Positions 37,357-48,985 are shown, counted from the stretch's first letter. The stretch: 64,000 nt of DNA from an uncultured Gemmatimonadaceae bacterium (GCA_964465315.1 CAYXIK010000010.1:10219-74218); one strand, 5' to 3'. Numbers and translations: made by a program. The notes: a model not told the origin generated them from the sequence alone.

Positions 37357-37794
37357 GTGACCAAGCGGGAACGGGTGTACGTGGCGCTCGGGTCCAACAT
37401 GGGTGATCGCGCGGCGCATCTCGCGTATGCACGCGACCGGCTCACCAGCCTGCCGGACAGTCGGGTCCTCAGGCAATCCCGCATCGAGGAAACGGCCCCC
37501 CTCGGTCCCGTGCCGCAAGGACCCTACCTGAACCAGATGGTCCTGCTCGAGACCGGGCTCGAGCCCCAGGTCCTGCTCGATCACCTGCATGCCATCGAGG
37601 CGGAGCGGGGAAGGGAGCGGCGCGTCCGGTGGGGACCCCGCACCCTCGACCTGGATATCGTCCGCTACGGCGCCCGGGTCGTGCAGCAGCCGGAGCTGAC
37701 CATCCCGCATCCCGGTCTCCCGCACCGGGACTTCTGGCTCCGGGAGCTCGCAGAGCTCGACGGGCCTCCACACGCGGAGCCGGCCTGTGGCTGA
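37357..37794 (+). CDS. folK: 2-amino-4-hydroxy-6-hydroxymethyldihydropteridine diphosphokinase
   Basis: 145 aa with a GTG start. VYVALGSNMGDR...WGPRTLDLDIV...PHP. Confidence 0.88.
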   Translation: MTKRERVYVALGSNMGDRAAHLAYARDRLTSLPDSRVLRQSRIEETAPLGPVPQGPYLNQMVLLETGLEPQVLLDHLHAIEAERGRERRVRWGPRTLDLDIVRYGARVVQQPELTIPHPGLPHRDFWLRELAELDGPPHAEPACG

Positions 37795-38602
37795 AGAACG
37801 CAAGCCAGTGACGGTCGTCGAGCTGCTGGCTATGAAGCGGCGCGGCGAGCGTATCGTGGTCCTCACCTGCTACGACGCCTTGTTTGCCCGGCTGCTCGAC
37901 GCCGCCGGTGTCGACATCCTCCTCGTCGGGGATTCGGTGAACCAGGTGCTCGGCGGCGCCGACAATACGCTGTCCGCCACGCTCGATCAGATGATCTATC
38001 ACACGAAGATCGTTCGCCGCGGTGCCGGCCGAGCCATGGTGGTGTGCGACATGCCGTTTCTCACGTATCAGGTGTCGCGCGAAGAAGCAATCCGGAACGC
38101 GGGGCGGGTCATGCAGGAAACCGGGTGCCACGCCGTGAAGCTCGAAGGCGGTGCGCCCGTGGCGGAGACGACGGGGGCGCTGGTCGACGTCGGGATCCCC
38201 GTCATGGGGCACCTCGGCCTCACCCCGCAGTCGGTGCATGCGCTCGGGGGATATCGCGTGCAGGGCCGCGACGAGCGCTCGGCCGATCGGCTCAAGGCGG
38301 ACGCCACAGCGCTGCAGGAGGCCGGCGTGTTCGCCATCGTCCTCGAGCTCGTACCGGCCCCGCTCGCGTCGCAGATCACCAAGGCGCTGACGATTCCCAC
38401 GATCGGGATCGGCGCGGGGCCCGCGTGCGACGGCCAGGTGCTGGTGCTCCCGGACATGCTGGGCCTGAACGAGCAGTTCACCGCTAAGTTTGTGAAGCGT
38501 TATGCCGCTCTCGCGGAGGACGTGCGCGAAGCGGTCACCCTGTACGCGGCCGAGGTGCGCGAGGGCCGCTATCCCGGACCGGAGCATTCGTTTCCCAAAT
38601 GA
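37787..38602 (+). CDS. panB: 3-methyl-2-oxobutanoate hydroxymethyltransferase
   Basis: 271 aa. VVLTCYDALFARLLDAAGVDILLVGDS...AVKLEGG...GHLGLTPQS. Confidence 0.93.
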   Translation: MAEERKPVTVVELLAMKRRGERIVVLTCYDALFARLLDAAGVDILLVGDSVNQVLGGADNTLSATLDQMIYHTKIVRRGAGRAMVVCDMPFLTYQVSREEAIRNAGRVMQETGCHAVKLEGGAPVAETTGALVDVGIPVMGHLGLTPQSVHALGGYRVQGRDERSADRLKADATALQEAGVFAIVLELVPAPLASQITKALTIPTIGIGAGPACDGQVLVLPDMLGLNEQFTAKFVKRYAALAEDVREAVTLYAAEVREGRYPGPEHSFPK

Positions 38603-39864
38603 GCGACCTATCGCGAAGAGAGCTGATCAAGATGCTGAGCGCTGTGGCGTTAGCGCCCGTCCCCCGTGTCGACCCTCCGGCGGCATCGGCGGCTTCCAGC
38701 GGGCCGGGGTTTCGGATTCGTACCATCACGGCCGGCACGAACCTTCGAAGCGCCACCGAAACACAGACTGTGCAAGCCGCGGTCACGTTTCTCAAGGGGG
38801 CGAAGCGGATCCTCACGGACGCAGGCTACGAAGTGCAGACCCTCCGCATCTCGACCCAACCGTTCCTCGAAGACGCCGGGCCCCGCGGGCGCGCGGACGC
38901 GCTCGGCGCTGTTCAGGCACTGGACCGCGCCCTGGTGGCCGAGAGCGTGCTTCTGAGCATCGGGCCTGTGCTTGCCCCCGACGGTGACGATCCCGATTTC
39001 GGTGCGTGGGCCGCGGAGCTCGCGCACACGACGCACAACGTCAATTTTTCGGTTCGGGTCGCCTCGCCCGAGCGTAACGCGTCACCGCGCGGGGTCACGG
39101 CGGCGGGTGAAGCGATGGCGGCGATCGCGCGCACGACCCCGGGGGGCATCGGCAACTTTCGGTTCGCGGCGGCCGCCAACGTCCCGGCCGGGACGCCGTT
39201 CTTTCCTGTCGCGTACCACCGCGGGTCGGAGGCCGTGACCGTGGGTCTCGAATCACCGCCGCTGCTCTCGGCCGCGTTCACTGGAGCGAATACGCTGGCG
39301 GAGGCCAAACAGCGTCTCACGGCGATGCTCGAGTCCCGGCTCGCGCCCCTGGAGCGGTTGGTGCGAGACGCCGCTCGCCGGGACGAGCGGGGCTACGGGG
39401 GGATCGACGTTTCTCCCGCTCCGGGCAAAGATGCGAGCATCGGCGGGGCGATCGAGACGCTCACGGGCGTGCCATTCGGAAGCGCGTCGACCCTCGCCGG
39501 GTGTGCCGCGATCACCGATGTCCTGAAGAGCCTCAAGGTCAAGACGTGCGGCTATTCAGGGCTCATGCTTCCGGTCCTGGAGGATCCGGTGCTCGCGCAA
39601 CGGGCGTCGGAAGGGCGGTTCACCGTGCGCGATCTGCTCCTCTATTCGAGCGTCTGCGGCACAGGTCTCGACGTCGTGCCGGTCCCCGGGGACTCGCCGG
39701 CCGATCAACTGGCGGCGCTGATCGCCGACGTCGCGGCGCTCTCAACCAAGCTCCGCAAGCCGCTGTCCGCGCGTCTGTTCCCGGTGCCGGGCAGGCGGGT
39801 AGGGGAGATCGCGCGGTTCAACGATCCATATCTGACCGATTGTGTCGTTCTCAAAGCGGAGTAG
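38599..39864 (+). CDS. DUF711 (UPF0210) family protein with N-terminal twin-arginine-like signal
   Basis: 421 aa, ATGA overlap with panB. MSDLSRRELIKMLSAVALAPVP...AASAAS precedes the family core FRIRTITAG...YSSVCGTGLDVVPVPGD. Confidence 0.75.
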   Translation: MSDLSRRELIKMLSAVALAPVPRVDPPAASAASSGPGFRIRTITAGTNLRSATETQTVQAAVTFLKGAKRILTDAGYEVQTLRISTQPFLEDAGPRGRADALGAVQALDRALVAESVLLSIGPVLAPDGDDPDFGAWAAELAHTTHNVNFSVRVASPERNASPRGVTAAGEAMAAIARTTPGGIGNFRFAAAANVPAGTPFFPVAYHRGSEAVTVGLESPPLLSAAFTGANTLAEAKQRLTAMLESRLAPLERLVRDAARRDERGYGGIDVSPAPGKDASIGGAIETLTGVPFGSASTLAGCAAITDVLKSLKVKTCGYSGLMLPVLEDPVLAQRASEGRFTVRDLLLYSSVCGTGLDVVPVPGDSPADQLAALIADVAALSTKLRKPLSARLFPVPGRRVGEIARFNDPYLTDCVVLKAE

Positions 39865-39871
39865 CGCCCTC

Positions 39872-40351
39872 ATGCTCGTCGCGGGCGGCCTGGTGTTCGG
39901 CTGCCGCGCGAGTTCCCAGCGCGGGCTGGATGCAGCGGTGCGCGCGGCCTGCGAGAGCACGGCCGTCGCCTGGCCCCGGCGAGCCGGGATCCAGGTACGG
40001 CAGGCCGACAGCGTGCTGCCGGCGGAGCTGGACTATCCCAGCCGGCCCTCGTGTACGGTCATCGCGTCCGTGCCGCACTCCAAGAACCTGCCGGTCGATC
40101 TCCCGGCATGGCGCTCCTGGGATTCGTCTGCCACGCGCGGCTGGGTGCCCCTCGTGCAGCGTGAGGCCGACGGTCCGGACGGCGGCTCGATGTCGTACCA
40201 GCGGGGCCCGGTACGTTGCGCCGTCGATTGGTGGCACGACGGCGGTGACGATGCGGACTCGACCTACGTGTCGAGCGACTCCACCGAGGAGGCGACGCGG
40301 TGTTGGTACTACGCGGCCGGCGTGGCACCCGGGGACACCGGGCCCCATTGA
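39872..40351 (+). CDS. Hypothetical lipoprotein
   Basis: ORF 39842..40351, trimmed to ATG 39872 (MLVAGGLVFGC lipobox). No recognisable domain. Confidence 0.55.
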   Translation: MLVAGGLVFGCRASSQRGLDAAVRAACESTAVAWPRRAGIQVRQADSVLPAELDYPSRPSCTVIASVPHSKNLPVDLPAWRSWDSSATRGWVPLVQREADGPDGGSMSYQRGPVRCAVDWWHDGGDDADSTYVSSDSTEEATRCWYYAAGVAPGDTGPH

Positions 40352-40357
40352 CCCGAC

Positions 40358-41239
40358 GTGCACGACCTCGCGACGCCGAACGATATGCGCGCCTGGTCGC
40401 GCGCCGCGCGGATCCGTGGCCACCGCATCGGCTTCGTCCCCACGATGGGGTTCTTGCACGAGGGACACCTCCGTCTGATCGATCGCGCGAAGGAGCGGGC
40501 GGATCGCGTGGTGCTCAGCATCTTCGTCAACCCGCTCCAGTTCGGACCGCGCGAGGACTTCGCCGGCTATCCGCGCGACTTGCAGCGGGATCGGAGCCTC
40601 GCCAAAGAGCGCTACGTCGACTGCCTGTTCGTCCCGGCGTCAGACGCGATGTATCCGATGGAGCCGCTCGTGCGGGTAAATGCCGGACCGATGGCCGACA
40701 CGCTCGAGGGTGCCGCACGACCGGGGCACTTTGTCGGTGTGCTCACGGTCGTGGCCAAGCTGCTGCACATGGTGGAGCCCGATGTCGCGGTCTTCGGGCG
40801 CAAGGACTTCCAGCAGGCGATGCTCGTGCGGCGCATGGTAGCCGACCTCGATTTCGCGTGCGATGTCGAGATCGCTCCCACCGTCCGTGAGCTCGACGGG
40901 CTCGCACTGTCATCGCGTAACGTCTATCTCAAAGGAGACGACCGGCGCGCCGCGCTCGCCCTGTCTCGCGCGCTCCGCGCCGTGGAGCAGGCCTGGCGCG
41001 GTGGGGAAGCCGATGCGCGCGCGCTCGAACGCCGGGGTATGGAGACCCTCAAAACGCCCGGCGTCACGCCGGAATACCTCGCGCTCGTGGACGCGCAGAT
41101 CCGCCCTGTCGCCCGAGCCGACGCGAAGACCGTCGTGGTCGTTGCTGCGAAGGTCGGCGGTACGCGGCTGATCGACAACGTGGTGTTGGGCGAGGGGATC
41201 GCGATCGACGTATCGGTCCAAACGACGGCGAAGGACTGA
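40358..41239 (+). CDS. panC: Pantoate--beta-alanine ligase
   Basis: 293 aa with a GTG start. GFVPTMGFLHEGHLRLI...SIFVNPLQF... Confidence 0.93.
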   Translation: MHDLATPNDMRAWSRAARIRGHRIGFVPTMGFLHEGHLRLIDRAKERADRVVLSIFVNPLQFGPREDFAGYPRDLQRDRSLAKERYVDCLFVPASDAMYPMEPLVRVNAGPMADTLEGAARPGHFVGVLTVVAKLLHMVEPDVAVFGRKDFQQAMLVRRMVADLDFACDVEIAPTVRELDGLALSSRNVYLKGDDRRAALALSRALRAVEQAWRGGEADARALERRGMETLKTPGVTPEYLALVDAQIRPVARADAKTVVVVAAKVGGTRLIDNVVLGEGIAIDVSVQTTAKD

Positions 41240-41264
41240 TCTGCCTCTCCCAGCCTGGGCGGTC

Positions 41265-41738
41265 GTGACTCCGGAGCGCCGCGCTCACGTGGAGCGGGTG
41301 GCCGCGCTGCTGTCGGCGTGGGCGATGGCGCTCCACACGCCGGACGGCGAGCGGGCCCGTTGGCTCAGGGCCGCGTGGCTACACGACGCGCTTCGCGACG
41401 CACCCGCCGCCGACGAGCTCGCCCACGGGCCCATGGCGGCCGAGCGCGCTGCTCACGACGGCGAAACCGATCAGGGCGTGCTCGACGCGGTCCGGTATCA
41501 CTCTCTCGGGTATGCGGGGTGGGACGACGTCGGCAAGATGCTCTATCTGGCGGACTACCTCGAGCCCGGTCGCACGTTCGACCACGAGCTGCGCAGGGCC
41601 CTGGCGGCTCGCGTGGCGGAGGAGCGGGATGCCGTGCTCAAACAGGTCGCCGCCCGGCGAATCGCCCGGGTAATCGATGGGCGCTGGCCTCTGCTGCGCG
41701 CGACGGTGGACTTCTGGAACTCGCTGGTCGGATACTGA
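41265..41738 (+). CDS. HD-domain phosphohydrolase (YqeK-like)
   Basis: 157 aa. HVERVAALL...AAWLHDALRD...YLADYLEPGR. Confidence 0.65.
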   Translation: MTPERRAHVERVAALLSAWAMALHTPDGERARWLRAAWLHDALRDAPAADELAHGPMAAERAAHDGETDQGVLDAVRYHSLGYAGWDDVGKMLYLADYLEPGRTFDHELRRALAARVAEERDAVLKQVAARRIARVIDGRWPLLRATVDFWNSLVGY

Positions 41739-41746
41739 TCTTTGCC

Positions 41747-42139
41747 GTGGTCCTCACGGCCGTGACGGGAGCAGGCTGCCGGGGTGACCGGAGTGCCGCG
41801 TCGGGCTTCCCGATCCCCGGCGAGAACGGCACGAGCGTCACCGTCGAGGTGTTCAACGCGAGCGGCAAGCCCGGACTCGCCAAGATCGGGACGCGTCTGC
41901 TCCGACGTGCGAGCATCGACGTCGTGGCGTTCGGGAACGCATCGGACACGGTCGGCGGCGGAGCCCTCGATTCCACTCGGGTAGTGGTACGGCGTGGCGG
42001 TCCCGCCGTGGGCATGAGGATCCGACGCGCGTTGGGCGTCGGCCGGGTGGTGGTCCAGCTCGACAGCGCGCGTCTACTCGACGCCAGCGTGTTCCTCGGA
42101 GCGGACTTTGCGCCGACGCGCCTCGAGTTCCACCCGTAA
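41747..42139 (+). CDS. LytR_C (cell envelope-related attenuator C-terminal) domain protein; start uncertain
   Basis: This is the C-terminal part of track ORF 41318..42139. VTVEVFNASGKPGLAKIGTRLLRRASIDVVAFGNA...VVVRRG is the LytR_C pattern. GTG 41747 is the first canonical start after the HD gene, and CTG 41735 (CTGA overlap) is a candidate. Confidence 0.6.
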   Translation: MVLTAVTGAGCRGDRSAASGFPIPGENGTSVTVEVFNASGKPGLAKIGTRLLRRASIDVVAFGNASDTVGGGALDSTRVVVRRGGPAVGMRIRRALGVGRVVVQLDSARLLDASVFLGADFAPTRLEFHP

Positions 42140-43141
42140 CTGGCCGCATGCTGCGCTGATATCTAGGCCGCGGCTGCGTCGCAGCACCGCTTCCACGCCG
42201 CGTCGCTTCAGCCGCCGCTCGAATGCGATCATCTGGGTCCGCGGGCTGGGTGAGAGATCCGGGGCCCCGCCTGGGTGAAGTGGCAGCAAGTTCACCAGCG
42301 CGCCGAGCCGGCGCGCCAGCTCGGCGAGCCGATCCGCCTGTTCCAACCCGTCGTTCTTACCCCCGATGAGCACGTACTCGAGCGTGACGCGCCGGCGGAA
42401 CTGCTTCAGGGCGCTCATGACCTCGGACAGCGTGTATCTCTTCTCGATCGGCATCAAGGCGTGCCGCAGATCGGGCGTGCAAGCGTGTAGCGACACGGCA
42501 AGGCGGAATTGCTCCGGCCGCGCGGCGAGCTTCGCGAGCGTGGGGAGGATGCCGACGGTCGAGACGGTGATGTGGCGCGCGCCGATCCCGAAGCCGTGTG
42601 GCGCGTTCAGAATGGTGAGCGCGGCGTCGACGGCGTCCCAGTTGAGGAGCGGCTCGCCCATCCCCATGAATACGACGTTCGTCGGCACCAGCGCACGATC
42701 GAGCAGCACGACTTCGCGGACCTGCCCGGCGATCTCGGCCACCGTGAGGTTCCGTCGAAAGCCCATGCGCCCGGTGGCGCAGAAGACGCACCCCAGGGCG
42801 CAGCCGACCTGTGACGAGATGCACAGCGTGCGCCGCTTGCCCTCCGGGATGAGGACAGCCTCGACCGCCTCACCGTCTCCCAAGTCCCAGAGAAACTTCT
42901 CCGTGCCGTCGGTCGACACCTGACGCGCGGTGAGCGTCAGCCGGCGGAGCGGGAACGCGAGCTCGAGGTCCCGCCTCAACGCGGCCGGTAGCTCCGTCGC
43001 CTGGCCCCACGACCGCACAGGCTGCGTCCATAGGCGGGGGAGGATCTGCTTGGTACGGAACGCCGGCTCGCCGCGCGCTTCGAGCCATGTCGCGAGGGCG
43101 TCGCGAGCTTGGTCGGGCGTGAGGTTCAGCAGATCGATCAC
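42074..43141 (-). CDS. rlmN: 23S rRNA/tRNA (adenine-C2)-methyltransferase, radical SAM RlmN family
   Basis: 355 aa. FRTKQI...LCISSQVGCALGCVFCATG (CxxxCxxC)...MGMGEPL. Confidence 0.92.
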   Translation of the reverse strand: MIDLLNLTPDQARDALATWLEARGEPAFRTKQILPRLWTQPVRSWGQATELPAALRRDLELAFPLRRLTLTARQVSTDGTEKFLWDLGDGEAVEAVLIPEGKRRTLCISSQVGCALGCVFCATGRMGFRRNLTVAEIAGQVREVVLLDRALVPTNVVFMGMGEPLLNWDAVDAALTILNAPHGFGIGARHITVSTVGILPTLAKLAARPEQFRLAVSLHACTPDLRHALMPIEKRYTLSEVMSALKQFRRRVTLEYVLIGGKNDGLEQADRLAELARRLGALVNLLPLHPGGAPDLSPSPRTQMIAFERRLKRRGVEAVLRRSRGLDISAACGQLRVELEARRRKVRSEEHAGVE

Positions 43142-43164
43142 GTAAGTGCCCTCGGCGGAATGCG

Positions 43165-43193
43165 TTGCATGTCGTACTTAACTTAACTATCTT
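43165..43193 (+). promoter_or_regulatory. Putative sigma70-type promoter for ptsN-aspS operon
   Basis: TTGCAT (43165-43170), a 17-nt spacer, then TATCTT (43188-43193). It lies in a locally AT-richer 78-nt spacer, 27 nt before GTG 43220. Confidence 0.35.
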
Positions 43194-43219
43194 CAACTGC
43201 TTACGACACTTGGGCCATC

Positions 43220-43653
43220 GTGCGCCTGTCCGAGCTGCTGACTCCCGCCCGCATCCGGGTCCCCCTACGCGCGACCAACAAAGAGGGGGTCCTCCGAGAA
43301 TTGGTGGACGTCGTGGCCGTGGGTAACGGCGGGCCGTCCGACGAGGTCCTCGGGGCAATTCTCGAGCGCGAAAGACAGTTCCCGACCGGGATCGGGTACG
43401 GCGTGGCCGTACCCCACGGCAAGACCCCGGCCCTGTCGTGCCTCGTGGTCGCGGCGGGGACGACGCTGGCGCCGGTGCCCTATGAAACGATCGACGGTGA
43501 GCCGGTGCGCCTCTTCTTTCTGTTGGCGGGACCGGAGTCCGCCGCGGGAGCCCACGTCAAGGCGTTGAGCCGAATTTCGCGACTGGTGCGGCGCGAGCCC
43601 GTGCGGGACCGGCTGTTGAACGCCCGAACCCCCGAGGAATTCTACCGAGCGCT

Positions 43654-43675
<22 letters not shown>
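43220..43675 (+). CDS. ptsN: PTS IIA-like nitrogen regulatory protein
   Basis: 151 aa. FPTGIGYGVAVPHGK contains the phospho-His; FLLAGP follows. Confidence 0.85.
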
Positions 43676-45440
<1,765 letters not shown>

Positions 45441-45444
<4 letters not shown>

Positions 45445-46397
45445 GTGACGAAGTCACGCACCGGCTTTCGACCGAAGGCGTGGATCCGCTCATGCTCGCA
45501 GGCGTGAACGACGGCAACCTCGTCGAGCTGGCCAAGCGGCTGGGCGTGCGCGTCTCGCTTCGGGGAGATGCCCTGATGTTGCAGGGCCCACTCGCGGCGG
45601 TCGAGCGCGCCACGCCCCTGGCGCAGGCGCTCGTCGACCTGGCACGCATGGGTGAGACGTTGGACGTGGGCGACGTGGAGCGCGTCGTGAGCGACGAAGC
45701 GCACCGGCCATCCGGCGAGACCACTGACGGGGACATCCGGATCATCCTCCCGGGTCTGCGACGGGTGATCCAGGCGAAGACCGCGGGGCAGCGGGACTAC
45801 CTCCAGGCGATTGCGCGCCACGACATCGTGATCGGCATCGGTCCCGCGGGCACGGGCAAGACCTATCTCGCGGTGGCTGCGGCGGTGGACGCGCTGTCGC
45901 GCAAGCGTGTACGGCGCATCGTCCTCGCCCGACCCGCGGTCGAAGCGGGGGAGAGCCTCGGCTTCCTGCCCGGCGACCTCCACGAGAAGGTCGATCCCTA
46001 CCTGCGCCCCTTGTACGACGCGCTCGAGGACATGATGCCGCGCGATCGAGTGCAGAAGGCCATCGATAGCCGCACGATCGAGATCGCACCGCTCGCCTAC
46101 ATGCGCGGCCGAACGTTGTCCGACGCCTTCGTCATTCTCGACGAAGCGCAGAACGCGACGGGCATGCAGATGAAGATGTTTCTCACGCGCCTCGGTGTGA
46201 ATTCACGGGCCGTGATCACCGGGGACAAAACGCAGATCGACCTCGCGAACCGGGAGGATTCGGGACTCCTCCAGGTGGAGCGCATCCTCCCCGGCATCGA
46301 GGGCATCGCGTTCTGTTACCTCGGCGATACGGACGTCGTCCGGCACCGGCTGGTCCGGGACATCATCCGGGCGTACGCCGAGGACGTGCAGGGCTGA
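45441..46397 (+). CDS. phoH: PhoH-family ATPase
   Basis: 318 aa, ATGA overlap. Walker A GPAGTGKTYLAV, then LDEAQN. Confidence 0.92.
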
Positions 46398-46398
46398 C

Positions 46399-48573
46399 AT
46401 GAGACTGCCGACGACGCAGCAGCTCGGCTATCACGGCAGCCGCTGGGCGTGGGTGCCGGGGCTGGCGCTCCTGGCCTACTTGGTGTTCCCCTCCAGTGCG
46501 ACCAACGTGGCGCCGCTCGCGGTCGGCACGCTGGCGGATCGCGACGTGATCGCCCCGTTCACGTTCCCGGTCAACAAGACGGATCAGGACCTCGCCCGCG
46601 AGGCCGAAGAGCTCGCCGCCACCGTCAAGCCGATCTATCAGTACCAGGAACGGTCTCTCGACAGCACGAGGACCGCGATGCAGGCGTTCTTCTCGAGCAT
46701 CGAAACGGCCGCCGATCGGAACGGCGCCGTCGCGATCCTGCAGGTCGCCAAGGGCCAGGGATTCGCGCTCGGCGCCCCGGAGGCCGCGTACCTCAACAAG
46801 GGCGGGAAGCGGCACGGTCTCGAGAAGGCCCTGACCGAGCTGTTCGACCGGACGCTCGTGCTCGGCGTGACCGGTCCGGGGGTGCTGCAGGTCGAGCAGG
46901 CCCCCGAGCTCATCGTGCGCCGTCGCTCGGGCGAGCAATCGGTGGCGCGCGAACAGGTGTTGTCGTTCGCCCAGTACCTCGCGCGCGCGCGCGCCATCCA
47001 TCCCGACAAGGGCTCGAGTGTCGGCGACCAGCTGTACGTACGGCTCGCGGGGCATTTCTTCAGACCCACCCTGGTACCTAACACCCTCGAGACCGAGCGC
47101 CGGCGTGACGAGCTGCGCCGCAGCGTAGACCCCAGCAAATACATCGTGCGCGCCGGTGACCGGATCGTTGGCGCTCGCGAGGTGGTGACGACCGAGGCGC
47201 ACGAGAAGCTGCAGGCGCTGCACACCGACCTGGTGCGCCGCGGCGCAGCGACCAGCCGGTCCGTGGGCGGCCTGTTCGGCCCGGTGCTGCGCGACTCGCT
47301 GATCCTCGGCATCTTTTGGGTGCTGATGATGTTCTACCGGCGCGAGACGTATCACGAGCGCCGGCAGGTCGCGCTCATCGGCGGTTTGTTCGGGCTCGTG
47401 CTCCTCGAAGCCGCGGCCATCGCGCACTTCGCGCCGACCCATCCCGAGGTGATCATCCTTCCGTTCATGGCCATGATGCTCAGCGTGCTCTTCAACGGGC
47501 GCGTGTCGATGATCGCCGCCATGATCGTGTCGATCGTCACCGGGCTACAGCCTGTGTTCCACGACATCCCCGCGCTCTTCTTGTGCGTGGTCGGCGGCGT
47601 GACCGCGGCGCTCTCGGTGCGGACCCTGCGGAGCCGGAGCAACTTCTATGTCCCGGTGCTGATCATCGTGCTCGGCTATCTCGCGGGCGCCCTGGCCCTG
47701 GGGCTCGCGGGCAGCTGGACGCTTGGGGAGATCGGCCTGCGTGGCGTGTGGGGCGCGGCGAACGGACTGGTCTCAGCGGGGCTCACGTTCTTCCTGTTGC
47801 CGGTCGCGGAGTCAGTCACGGGCATCACGACAGACCTCACCTTGCTCGAGCTGTCAGACCCGAGCCGGCCCCTCCTGCGGCGTCTGTCGCTCGAGGCGCC
47901 CGGCACGTACGCGCACTCGGTGGCTATGGCCAACCTCGTGGAGGCGGCGTGCAACCGGGTCGGGGCCGACGGCCTGCTCGGTCGCGTCGGCTGCTATTAC
48001 CACGACATCGGGAAGATCAAGAACCCGCAGTACTTCGTGGAGAATCAGACACGCGGGAACAACCCGCACGATCGCCTCAAGGCCTTCCAATCCGCGCAGA
48101 TCATCAAGGCGCACGTGACGGACGGGCTCGCGCTGGCGCGCGAAGCTGGGCTGCCCGACGCGGTCGCTGCGTTCATTCCCGAGCATCACGGGACGATGGA
48201 GATCACGTACTTCCTCGACCGGGCCAAGAAGAGCGGGGACGGCGGCTCGGCGCAGCCGGGGGACTACACGTATCCCGGCCCCAAGCCCCATTCCGCAGAA
48301 ACAGCCATCACCATGCTCGCCGATTCGGTCGAGGCCGCCCTGCGCGTGCTCGAGGACCTGACCCCGAAGAAGATCGAAGAGGTGATCAATCATATCGTCC
48401 GCACCAAGCTGAACGCGGGCCAGCTGGATGAAGCGCCGATGACGCTGCGCCAGATCGATCAGGTCAAGCAGGAGTTCGTCCGCATCATCAGCGGGATGTA
48501 TCACAACCGCATCGACTATCCGGAGTCCAGTGGCGGCATCACGGCGACGTGGCAGCCAGCGGCCAAGGCATGA
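46399..48573 (+). CDS. 7TM-receptor HD-domain phosphohydrolase (PgpH/YqfF family)
   Basis: 724 aa. An extracytoplasmic N-domain, a 7-TM block, and an HD domain (HSVAMANL...CYYHDIGK...IPEHHGT). Confidence 0.88.
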   Translation: MRLPTTQQLGYHGSRWAWVPGLALLAYLVFPSSATNVAPLAVGTLADRDVIAPFTFPVNKTDQDLAREAEELAATVKPIYQYQERSLDSTRTAMQAFFSSIETAADRNGAVAILQVAKGQGFALGAPEAAYLNKGGKRHGLEKALTELFDRTLVLGVTGPGVLQVEQAPELIVRRRSGEQSVAREQVLSFAQYLARARAIHPDKGSSVGDQLYVRLAGHFFRPTLVPNTLETERRRDELRRSVDPSKYIVRAGDRIVGAREVVTTEAHEKLQALHTDLVRRGAATSRSVGGLFGPVLRDSLILGIFWVLMMFYRRETYHERRQVALIGGLFGLVLLEAAAIAHFAPTHPEVIILPFMAMMLSVLFNGRVSMIAAMIVSIVTGLQPVFHDIPALFLCVVGGVTAALSVRTLRSRSNFYVPVLIIVLGYLAGALALGLAGSWTLGEIGLRGVWGAANGLVSAGLTFFLLPVAESVTGITTDLTLLELSDPSRPLLRRLSLEAPGTYAHSVAMANLVEAACNRVGADGLLGRVGCYYHDIGKIKNPQYFVENQTRGNNPHDRLKAFQSAQIIKAHVTDGLALAREAGLPDAVAAFIPEHHGTMEITYFLDRAKKSGDGGSAQPGDYTYPGPKPHSAETAITMLADSVEAALRVLEDLTPKKIEEVINHIVRTKLNAGQLDEAPMTLRQIDQVKQEFVRIISGMYHNRIDYPESSGGITATWQPAAKA

Positions 48574-48985
48574 GCCGGCCGCCCGGCTTCGACGCGCGGC
48601 GGACCAGGTCCTCGCGTGGGAGGGCGCGTTCGGCGCGCGAGTCGAGCTGACCTTGCTCGATCCGGCGGCCATGCGGCGCCTCAATCGCCGCACGCTGGGC
48701 CGGCGCGGCCTGACTGACGTCATCGCCTTCGCATTGCCGCAGCCGGACGGAACGCTGCTTGGGGACGTCTACATCTGCCCGGAAGCGGCAAGCAGCTGGG
48801 TCAACGGCCGGGGAAGGGGGAAGGGGGAAGGCGAGAGGGTGAACGAGGAGCTGCTTCGGCTGGCGGTGCACGGCACGCTCCACGTGCTCGGCTACGACCA
48901 CCCGGAGGGATCAGGGCGGACCCGATCGGCGATGTGGCGCCGACAAGAGCGCTACGTGCACCGCCTGATCCGGACAACGACGTGA
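48530..48985 (+). CDS. ybeY: rRNA maturation endoribonuclease YbeY
   Basis: 151 aa with a GTG start. TDVIAFAL...GDVYIC...HGTLHVLGYDH zinc motif. Confidence 0.88.
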   Translation: MAASRRRGSQRPRHEPAARLRRAADQVLAWEGAFGARVELTLLDPAAMRRLNRRTLGRRGLTDVIAFALPQPDGTLLGDVYICPEAASSWVNGRGRGKGEGERVNEELLRLAVHGTLHVLGYDHPEGSGRTRSAMWRRQERYVHRLIRTTT

